Source: a virus. From it: a DNA stretch of 64,000 nucleotides. This document shows, one piece after another, positions 34,395-42,391 of this stretch (position 1 is the first letter of the stretch; every line of letters begins with the position of its first letter). The translations under genes and the position numbers were made by a program. The notes under the pieces are model-generated. The model made no database searches and was not told the DNA's origin. It saw only the letters and a program-made list of their open reading frames with translations. The stretch lies in the IMG/VR virus record IMGVR_UViG_3300030085_001980; one strand, given 5' to 3'.

Positions 34395-34676
34395 TCAAAG
34401 ATCTCCGTTCAACTCGTTAAGTGTTTCATCCACGTAACTTCTAACATCAGCGTCAGAAGGTAGGGTGACACCTGGGATTGGTGCCATAGGTCCCATAGGC
34501 ATATACTCTGCTGCCTTCTCTTCTTCCAATCGTGAATAGGCAGAATTGACAGGCACCATCATTACATTACCTTTAGGTGCTTCGATGAGGATAGTTTCTC
34601 CTCGTTCTACGAGTGAAAAGATGAAGTCGAAGTTCTTTTCTACTTCTTCGACAGTTACTCTCAGTGGTGTTTTCAT
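34395..34676 (-). CDS. Phd/YefM antitoxin-like protein
   Basis: VTVEEVEKNF......VERGETILI......VMMVPV pattern. Confidence 0.55.
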   Translation of the reverse strand: MKTPLRVTVEEVEKNFDFIFSLVERGETILIEAPKGNVMMVPVNSAYSRLEEEKAAEYMPMGPMAPIPGVTLPSDADVRSYVDETLNELNGDL

Positions 34677-34882
34677 AGAAGATAATGACGACGTTCAGGT
34701 TCGATAGTTTCTTGAATCATAGCGACGGTGTGGGCAAACCCTTCGGCACCCTCCTCGTCCCATTTCCAGTTAATAGTTTCCTCGTGACCATCATCACTGA
34801 GGAGTTTGATTGAGCGATGGGTAAAGTCAACCCACACGTACTCAAGATAGGTTTCCATTAGGTCCCAGAGTTCTTCACTCAA
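34673..34882 (-). CDS. Hypothetical protein
   Basis: ORF track. Confidence 0.7.
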   Translation of the reverse strand: MSEELWDLMETYLEYVWVDFTHRSIKLLSDDGHEETINWKWDEEGAEGFAHTVAMIQETIEPERRHYLL

Positions 34883-34897
34883 TAGAGTAGCACAGAA

Positions 34898-37336
34898 TCA
34901 GTTCAGTAGCAATGGCAGACCGTAAATTTGAGTAGGTCCGACGCCGCAACCAGCAGCAAAAAGACCAGTTCCGACTCCATATGATGCCACACCAGATGTT
35001 ACCTGGTTTACAATGGCACCGCCACCTGCTGTAACAAACTCACCGATGCCACCAGCAGGACAAGCAACCAGAGTTGCGTGACCACCAGAGGTACCAGCAA
35101 CGATGTCTACCATACCAGAAGGCAATGAAGAACCAACTGACATACGGATCTGTGTAGCAGGGAGAGCACTGGTTCCAGCGACCTCAGCAGTCATAGTGAG
35201 ATCTGGACCTTTGATGATTGACATTCTACCAGTGATACCAGGCAGGATGTTCAGCATACCAACCATATTGAACACAACGTTGTTGACAAGATTAGTCTGC
35301 CAAGAACATTCGTTGACGATCTCACCAGAGATCGAGTTCATCATAGAGGTTGCTTTATTGTTGATGTTACCAGCGTTGACAGCGAACTCGTTAAATGCAC
35401 TGAAGGTGATGTTTGCTGCCTGAATACCATAGTTACCTTGGTAGTTCATCTCGTGGTCAGCAGCTTTGGTCTGTGAAGACTTTGCTTGCTGCTCACCAGG
35501 ACTTCCACCACCAGCACCATCATCACCCTCCATACCAACACCATTGGAAGTGTGCTCGTTGAATGCACCACGTACCTCAAGGTTGAAGTCACCGTTGACG
35601 ATCAAGGTATAATCACCCTCGATAGTCTCACACTTGTTACCTTTGACAGTAGTACACTTATCACCACCAATGATCTTAGTTTCGTTCTTAGGTTGGTTGT
35701 AGTGAGTGTTACCCTGGTTATCAGAGATCTTAGTCTGACCGCCAGTATCACTGACAATAGTCTTCTCTTTACCCTTGGTATTATCCTGAATGACGGATGC
35801 ACCGTTCATAAAGGTTGTAACCTGCATCGCAAATGGATCCAGGTTGGAGTACATATTACTGATGATGTCACCAGCAGTATTATTACCACCCAAATCAACC
35901 TGCACTTCCCTTGTCATAAACTCAGGGACAGTATCGCAAGTCGATGCTCCGAATAGTGGTAACCAGAATTTTAGTTTTGATTTTCGTAGTTTCCTGCCGC
36001 AGTCCTTCTTAGGAAGCAGCATCTTAAGGATAGCGATGATCAAAGATACAACGCTGCCCCAGTTGATCTTACTGAAGTCAAATTGGAAGATTGAGTCAAG
36101 TGCTTGACCCATCTGCTTAAACTGACCAATAGTATTCTTAACTACTTGGATTGCCTTAACGAGTGTACGTGCAACAGATGCAACTTTTTGCAGACCACTC
36201 TTGACTTTTCCTACAATGCCATTAACAGTGCTTGTTACAGATGCAGGGATAGCATCATATACTTTGGACACAATAATATCTGCCATCTGATTGGCAAAGG
36301 CAGCTGTGTCATTTAGCGCACTTTTTACAAGACCAAGAATCCATTGACCCTCAAATCCACAAAACAGACTGAAGATGAAGTCTGCCAGTTCCAAGAGAGC
36401 ATTGAGGATACCAAGAGGGATAATCTGAGTCAGGAACTTCTTAATAGCACCAACAATAGCGTCAATCTGCTTGGCAAGAATCTCTTTCATCCAGGACATA
36501 ATGCCTGAAATACCATTTGCCATCAGCAGGTTGATACCTTTCATCGCCTTCTTCAGGATCTGGTTATCGACCTTCTTACCAGTGATGAGTGAGACTAAGT
36601 TGCCAGCAGGGTCAGATGCAAGTCCACTTGCAAGATTACCAACCTCAGTGAGCATTCTCTCCAGGTCTTTCTCAAAACCCTCTCCAGCAGGACCCTGAAC
36701 ACCATTGCTGATCGCTTGAGGTTCCTGTGGTACAACTTTGGGGTTAGTTGCATAATGACCTGCTAGTCCTTGCTCTGCCTTGCCAAGAATTCCTCGGTCA
36801 GTTGCTTCGCCGCCAGCCGAATCAGCAGGTGCTGAACCCGTTTTGTTGAATGGTGCTCCGCCAGGCACATCAGCACCCGCGCCATCCTTCGCGGCGGGAG
36901 GATAGTCGGGTGCATTGTCTGGACTTGCAACAGTCGTCTTGCTAACGGCACTATCACCACCGTCTCCACCCGACTTCTTGTCATTGACATTACGCATTCC
37001 TCGGAAAGAACCCATAACGACAGGAAGTTGTGCCTCTTCACCATCAAGGAAGAAACCCAACACCTGTGCACCAACTTCCAGTTCGGTAGTGGTGCCAGTG
37101 TTTTTGATGCCAGGTTGGTCGGTAGGCAGCAGTACAGATGCCCAAGGGAGATCCTCTGTCTTTACAGAGGACAGATATGCTTCTTTACTTTGTCCGCCAG
37201 TGTACCATCCGATGACACGTACACGAACTCGTCCAAGTTGCTGAGGATCCTTTTTATCTTCTACTTCACCTACCCACCAGGTGAATCCGTCACGACCCAT
37301 CACATCGGACTTACCAATAGTATTGATAGCAGTCAT
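34898..37336 (-). CDS. gp5: Baseplate hub / central spike gp5
   Basis: WWVGEVED.KDP..LGRVRVRVIG OB-fold, LPWASVL.P, V.GFFLDG...Q.P.VMG; C-terminal beta-helix repeats; TATAAATA at 37366-37373. Confidence 0.9.
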   Translation of the reverse strand: MTAINTIGKSDVMGRDGFTWWVGEVEDKKDPQQLGRVRVRVIGWYTGGQSKEAYLSSVKTEDLPWASVLLPTDQPGIKNTGTTTELEVGAQVLGFFLDGEEAQLPVVMGSFRGMRNVNDKKSGGDGGDSAVSKTTVASPDNAPDYPPAAKDGAGADVPGGAPFNKTGSAPADSAGGEATDRGILGKAEQGLAGHYATNPKVVPQEPQAISNGVQGPAGEGFEKDLERMLTEVGNLASGLASDPAGNLVSLITGKKVDNQILKKAMKGINLLMANGISGIMSWMKEILAKQIDAIVGAIKKFLTQIIPLGILNALLELADFIFSLFCGFEGQWILGLVKSALNDTAAFANQMADIIVSKVYDAIPASVTSTVNGIVGKVKSGLQKVASVARTLVKAIQVVKNTIGQFKQMGQALDSIFQFDFSKINWGSVVSLIIAILKMLLPKKDCGRKLRKSKLKFWLPLFGASTCDTVPEFMTREVQVDLGGNNTAGDIISNMYSNLDPFAMQVTTFMNGASVIQDNTKGKEKTIVSDTGGQTKISDNQGNTHYNQPKNETKIIGGDKCTTVKGNKCETIEGDYTLIVNGDFNLEVRGAFNEHTSNGVGMEGDDGAGGGSPGEQQAKSSQTKAADHEMNYQGNYGIQAANITFSAFNEFAVNAGNINNKATSMMNSISGEIVNECSWQTNLVNNVVFNMVGMLNILPGITGRMSIIKGPDLTMTAEVAGTSALPATQIRMSVGSSLPSGMVDIVAGTSGGHATLVACPAGGIGEFVTAGGGAIVNQVTSGVASYGVGTGLFAAGCGVGPTQIYGLPLLLN

Positions 37337-37365
37337 TAATAATAACGTTTAATTTCTTATATTGG

Positions 37366-37373
37366 TATTTATA
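37366..37373 (-). promoter_or_regulatory. T4-type late promoter
   Basis: TATAAATA. Confidence 0.75.
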
Positions 37374-37382
37374 CAGGAAGAA

Positions 37383-38066
37383 TCAATCTTTGATATATCC
37401 TTCCTCAACGAGGTATTTACGGGTCAAAGGTGTGGGTTCGTAGATCTCCCACATCTTACCAGTGGCACAAGCATCCAATGCTGCCTGAGTCATACCCTCA
37501 GTACGTCCTGCCCAACCTGCTTCTGCTTCCCAGGGCACAGCATTGGCGGGATAGGTGCGCTCTGCCATAACCTTCCAGATCATAGGCACATCCTCTTCTG
37601 GTTTGATGATGGCAATCAGACTATTCTCAATAGTTCCTGCCATACAATCTTGAGCAGCGTGCCATCCTTCGTGACGCATCAGTTGCATCAGGACAGCAGG
37701 ATCATCCATCCAGTCCCTGTTCAGATAAAAGTTATTACTGACGGTGTGATACACACCACGATGACCCTTAGGGAAATAGCGTTGATCGGCAAGAAATACC
37801 TCAACACCGATCTTATCCAGTGTTGTCAACAGTCGGTTGAACTCTTGCGATGCAAAAGTGTATCGTTCGGGTTTCGGATACTCCGACGAGATGTCTAAAA
37901 GGGAATTGACCTTTTTAACATCCTTAGTGCATTCACGTACCAACATACAACCCATAGCATCGTATGAGTTATATCCTTTGGTAATCTTGTCTTCCCCTGC
38001 ATTGACAGGGACTGTCATCCCGTGGGCAGCACCCAAGAGAAGACCTGCAAGAATGACGCTTTTCAT
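37383..38066 (-). CDS. Secreted HExxH zincin-like protein
   Basis: Signal-peptide-like N-terminus; RHEGWHAAQDC; distal WEAEA. Confidence 0.7.
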   Translation of the reverse strand: MKSVILAGLLLGAAHGMTVPVNAGEDKITKGYNSYDAMGCMLVRECTKDVKKVNSLLDISSEYPKPERYTFASQEFNRLLTTLDKIGVEVFLADQRYFPKGHRGVYHTVSNNFYLNRDWMDDPAVLMQLMRHEGWHAAQDCMAGTIENSLIAIIKPEEDVPMIWKVMAERTYPANAVPWEAEAGWAGRTEGMTQAALDACATGKMWEIYEPTPLTRKYLVEEGYIKD

Positions 38067-38082
38067 AAAAAATTTTCGACAA

Positions 38083-38154
38083 TGGGCGAAGAGGGGATCG
38101 AACCCCCGACCGACTCGGTGTAAACGAGTAGCTCTACCGCTGAGCTATTCGCCC
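38083..38154 (-). tRNA. trnV: tRNA-Val(TAC)
   Basis: GGGCGAATAGCTCAGCGGTAGAGCT-ACTCG-TTTACAC-CGAGT...GGTTCGATCCC...TCGCCCA. Confidence 0.95.
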
Positions 38155-38714
38155 TAAGCATATGAGATCCATCCTGTGGCAATCATTTTCTCTTCATTTG
38201 GTGCTGGCAGACCGTGATGGACGTGAGTCCAATCTGCTGGCCAGAAGAGTGTCAAACCTTTTTGTGGTTTGACTTTTTTATATTGGTGGATCCAGTAGGT
38301 TTCACCACCCTCTTCAACATCATTAAGATACGTCATCCAAGCAAGGTGACGCCACGTAGTAGTTTTATCAGAACCAATACGTTCACAATGAGGGCGGTGA
38401 TAACCACCGTTGCCCTTTGGATACCACTGAATGTTGAAAGGTTCATTCAACTCCAGATCTGCCATACGGGCGTATGTAAACTTAGTAAGGTAATCGTCTA
38501 AACAAGATTGTAGTTCTCCAAGAAAAAGACGTACTGCTTTTTCATTCAGATATGGCGGGATTGCCATATCAACGGAGTTTTTGACTGATTTGTCAACTCC
38601 ATCGGAGAACTCTCCGTTCACCTTTCTAAGGTATGTGCAATTATCCCAGAATTCGATCAAATTGTCAATAGTCTCATCGGAGATTTTACCTCCATCAATA
38701 AAATCAGTCTTCAT
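38154..38714 (-). CDS. 2OG-Fe(II) oxygenase (prolyl-4-hydroxylase-like)
   Basis: NIQWYP..GGY...HCE...YLNDVEEGGET...WPADWTHVH.G...K..ATGW. Confidence 0.88.
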   Translation of the reverse strand: MKTDFIDGGKISDETIDNLIEFWDNCTYLRKVNGEFSDGVDKSVKNSVDMAIPPYLNEKAVRLFLGELQSCLDDYLTKFTYARMADLELNEPFNIQWYPKGNGGYHRPHCERIGSDKTTTWRHLAWMTYLNDVEEGGETYWIHQYKKVKPQKGLTLFWPADWTHVHHGLPAPNEEKMIATGWISYA

Positions 38715-38931
38715 AAACTAGACATTCTGGTTCTGAGGGATTCTGATCGCAGAAAAGTTCCAAATATGTGGGATCGTGATGATCACCTGCTTCGATTTCT
38801 TTTTTGTGGTGTTCTACATAATCCTCCAGGTCGTGCAATTCGCCTTCAATGTGACGACGCATTTGAGGATTTGTATTGGGGTTGTCAAGGATCTCTTTGT
38901 CCTTGGCAATATGTGCTTCGATGTTCTCCAT
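38704..38931 (-). CDS. cp12: Phage CP12 (Calvin cycle inhibitor)
   Basis: C-terminal LELFCDQNPSEPECLVYED signature. Confidence 0.9.
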   Translation of the reverse strand: MENIEAHIAKDKEILDNPNTNPQMRRHIEGELHDLEDYVEHHKKEIEAGDHHDPTYLELFCDQNPSEPECLVYED

Positions 38932-40313
38932 TAGAGTATGCTGTCCTTTGATAGATTTAGGCTTGTGGTGATACCTGACTTTGTATAAGTATGCTTCAAA
39001 CCAAGTACAAGATACTTGCCTGAGTACATTTCGTCAAGTTCAATACGACCAGACTGTGACTGAGATGATGGAATTCTGACATTGATCACATCTCCTGCTG
39101 CAATGGATGCGTTTCCAGGGATTTTGATGTCCAATTTAATCGCATTTAGCAGCTGCCATCTAGACGTACTATAGGCAGAAGATTGAATAGTGTCAAATGT
39201 CATATTTCCAGCATTTCCATCAGGATTTGCAGAGTTCTGTGCATTCTTCATTGAAGGTAGTGCACGAATCTTGATCCTTGCTGGTTTCTCTGGTGAGAAG
39301 TAATCATCATTTACCTTAAAGAATGGGAACCCCTTATTAAGGTGCTTTGACATACCCCAAACTTCCTTTGCCCCCATATTAATAGGAGGATTGATAGAAC
39401 CAGATGGTGAACTATCTTTCTTACCGTCAGAGGTTGAACCACTGCTAGGTAAGAACCCGCTAGTCAATGCAGGCATAGTAATACCTAAAACGGTATTACT
39501 GAACGTACCAGAACGTAAACGTTCTAGTGTGTTTGCTCTGTCAGGATAGTTGATGCTCTCAATCTTGAATGCATTGAGATCACCCCCAGGAGCAGCACCC
39601 ACGTTCGCTTGTTCATAGGTATAAACAATCGGATTAGTGAATGATGGATTTGACTCCGAACAAAGCATATCCATTGTAGCAAAATTTGTGCCTCTTGAAG
39701 TCTCCCAATAGAGATACCCAGGTCTTCCAGAAACACTACCTACAATCTTATCTTGTACGTATGAAATAACATCATACGCTCTCCAAGACGGAGAGATGAA
39801 GTTAAAGTTGCCTCTCGCTTCTTCCCATAGTTTGTGTTTTACCTTCCTGTTCAAGTATTCCTTTTCAATTTTATTGACAACTGCACTACCTGGTTGATCG
39901 GTAAATGACTTAAATACACGATTTGCTTCGTTCAAATGTGCACCAGGAGATGTAGTGTACAGGATGTACGTAACTGCACGCTCAGATTTGGTAACTTCAC
40001 CAACTTTGAATATTTTTTGAACTACCTCAATCTCAGTATCAGGAGCAGTATCGGTAGTCAGTACCAAACGAATATATTCATTACCATTGATACCAGAAAT
40101 CAGATCTACGGTGTCATAAATCAAAAACTCACATCTGATAACAGGCGATTCTACTGCTTCATAGTAATTGAAGTTGGAACAAACATCTCTAAGATCAAAT
40201 GCATCCTCACCCGAAAACTTCAGTTCAGACAGATCTGTTTTCGTTGAGATGTCTCCATCACCCAACAAAAGTGCGAATTCTTTTAGTTCGTAACCTTTAG
40301 GTTGTGCTGACAT
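38931..40313 (-). CDS. Baseplate hub protein (gp27-like tail protein)
   Basis: FNYYE.V.SP...., YLYWET..G.NF, IPGNASI.AGDVIN, SGKYLV..L.H; position upstream of gp5. Confidence 0.65.
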   Translation of the reverse strand: MSAQPKGYELKEFALLLGDGDISTKTDLSELKFSGEDAFDLRDVCSNFNYYEAVESPVIRCEFLIYDTVDLISGINGNEYIRLVLTTDTAPDTEIEVVQKIFKVGEVTKSERAVTYILYTTSPGAHLNEANRVFKSFTDQPGSAVVNKIEKEYLNRKVKHKLWEEARGNFNFISPSWRAYDVISYVQDKIVGSVSGRPGYLYWETSRGTNFATMDMLCSESNPSFTNPIVYTYEQANVGAAPGGDLNAFKIESINYPDRANTLERLRSGTFSNTVLGITMPALTSGFLPSSGSTSDGKKDSSPSGSINPPINMGAKEVWGMSKHLNKGFPFFKVNDDYFSPEKPARIKIRALPSMKNAQNSANPDGNAGNMTFDTIQSSAYSTSRWQLLNAIKLDIKIPGNASIAAGDVINVRIPSSQSQSGRIELDEMYSGKYLVLGLKHTYTKSGITTSLNLSKDSIL

Positions 40314-42391
40314 CAGAAGAAATTACTCAAGATAGAAGATCCCTCACCAAGGAATCCAAAACGACTTTGCAGGAATTGATTTGCTGGATTCTGCTTTCCA
40401 GGGAGAACAACAGGTGCACTTTCTCCTCCACCATCAGCAACTCCACCAGGAAGTTCCATAATGTCAAGTACGATGGTCTTGATACCTTCAGCTGTCTCCA
40501 TAGCATCTGCCTCATCAGTCGCTTCTAGGACAGTCTGAGTCAAATTCATAATGGTCTTACCAGCACCAACAACTGGTGCCAACTGAGGGATATTTGCAGC
40601 AATGGGCGCTACAGCGTTGACAACTGGTTGCACCGTATTCATTACGGCACCAATACCCTTACCAATACCCCCTAGGATGCCTCCTAGACCCATTTCAGGT
40701 AGTTTACCGCCTGCAGATTTCAAGTACCCACCTGCACGTGCCTGACCGATCCTTCTAGCGGTCAAACCAGGATCTCTGCGCGTATGAGGGGTATCAAAGG
40801 GTATTACAAAACCCCCAGCGGATCTTTGTGCCACATATTCTGTTCCGTGACCGATAAAGGATACGGACCTTCCACCATCGAGTGATACTGGGTAACCTGA
40901 CTGTGGTCCACGGATCCAACCACCCTTCGCCATCTCCTGCACCTTGGTGATCTGAGGTGGTGCCAAACGTGGTTTGATGTTATACACGCTGCCACCCATA
41001 GACCTCTTAGGTACGTGGACGCTGTTAACGATAGTAGTTGGACTGAATGGAAGAATTCCACCCTTTGAGAACTCTGCAGCGGATGATATTGCAGGGAATG
41101 GTCCACCCTTACTCTCTAGGATGACACCATCATTTGCTGCTTGCTGCTCTGGTGTTAATCCAGGTGTTTCAGGTGTCTCTTCAGGTTTTGTACCAGCAAC
41201 CCACTTCAATACGTTAGTAAGACCCTGCATAAGCATAATCAGGGGCTTGAATGCAGTTTCACCCAAGAATGAAGCAACCTCCATTATCTTGGGTAGATGT
41301 GGCTTGATGAAGTCTACCAACTTCTGGATCGCTGGACCCAATGCCTCAAAGAATTCTTTGGTTGCCTTCTTGATAGGTTCCAGGAAGGCATTGACAACCT
41401 TCATTATCTGTTCAAAGAAATCCTTCAGCGCATTGAAGGTATCCTTGACAATAGGACCTAAGAATTTACCTGCGTGCTTACCAAGAAATCCACCAAGGGC
41501 ATTACCAATCAGACCACCAATAGGACCAGCAAGTTTATTGCCGAGCGCACCCAGTGCCATACCACCAACGGCAGCTCCAGTACCAGCACCGATTGCAGCA
41601 GATCTTCTGTCTTCTTCATCACCCTCATAGTTCGCCATCACATCCTGATAAGCCATAATGCCCTGACCTGCCGCCAGGAGCGTCTGACCAATCACATTGC
41701 CACCAAGGAACTTACCAAGATTAAAAATACCTTTGGCAACGCCCGTAAGCATCTTGCCAAAAGTAGTGATAGTCTTTATGGGATTTTTGAGGAAGGCAAG
41801 ACCTACCAGGACAGCAGCACCTGCACCTATTAATTTAAGTGCACCCTCCATCCTCTCTTGGAAAGTTTTATCCTTTCCAAATGCTTTCTCCCAGTTTGTA
41901 GTTATAAAATCAGTGACACGAGTGAAGAACGCTACGACCCCTTCAAAGAACGATTTAAGTCGCTTGAATGTACGTTCTATACTCTCCCTATTCTTTGGAT
42001 CAGATAACCAATCCAGTACGCCATATATCAGCATACTTTTTAGTAATTTACCCAACCATTCCATAAAGGTTGGGGATGCTGCAGCAATGACGCCACCAAT
42101 CTTCTGACCGATATTTTCCTTCGGTGCTTCGATCTTACCTTCTAGATTTCTATCTCTACTCAGTTGTGCATTACGTGCTGCCTCTGCTTGTGCAGCTTGT
42201 GTTGCAGCCTGTTGTCTCTTCAGTGCTACACCAATACTATTAACAGTAGCACCTAGGGAATTAATCGCATTTAATGTACTCGCGAAACTTGCACCAGCAA
42301 CTTGCTTTCCACCAATAGATACCGTCGCACCATCCCCTTTGGGACCAGTGACGAACTTATAAAATCTAATTGAAGGTGTTGATACTGCCAT
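40313..42391 (-). CDS. Tape-measure/hub-like protein (gp29-like)
   Basis: Long helical Gly/Ala-rich protein with hydrophobic segments; KGGWI.GPQSGYPV motif; location in tail module. Confidence 0.55.
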   Translation of the reverse strand: MAVSTPSIRFYKFVTGPKGDGATVSIGGKQVAGASFASTLNAINSLGATVNSIGVALKRQQAATQAAQAEAARNAQLSRDRNLEGKIEAPKENIGQKIGGVIAAASPTFMEWLGKLLKSMLIYGVLDWLSDPKNRESIERTFKRLKSFFEGVVAFFTRVTDFITTNWEKAFGKDKTFQERMEGALKLIGAGAAVLVGLAFLKNPIKTITTFGKMLTGVAKGIFNLGKFLGGNVIGQTLLAAGQGIMAYQDVMANYEGDEEDRRSAAIGAGTGAAVGGMALGALGNKLAGPIGGLIGNALGGFLGKHAGKFLGPIVKDTFNALKDFFEQIMKVVNAFLEPIKKATKEFFEALGPAIQKLVDFIKPHLPKIMEVASFLGETAFKPLIMLMQGLTNVLKWVAGTKPEETPETPGLTPEQQAANDGVILESKGGPFPAISSAAEFSKGGILPFSPTTIVNSVHVPKRSMGGSVYNIKPRLAPPQITKVQEMAKGGWIRGPQSGYPVSLDGGRSVSFIGHGTEYVAQRSAGGFVIPFDTPHTRRDPGLTARRIGQARAGGYLKSAGGKLPEMGLGGILGGIGKGIGAVMNTVQPVVNAVAPIAANIPQLAPVVGAGKTIMNLTQTVLEATDEADAMETAEGIKTIVLDIMELPGGVADGGGESAPVVLPGKQNPANQFLQSRFGFLGEGSSILSNFF

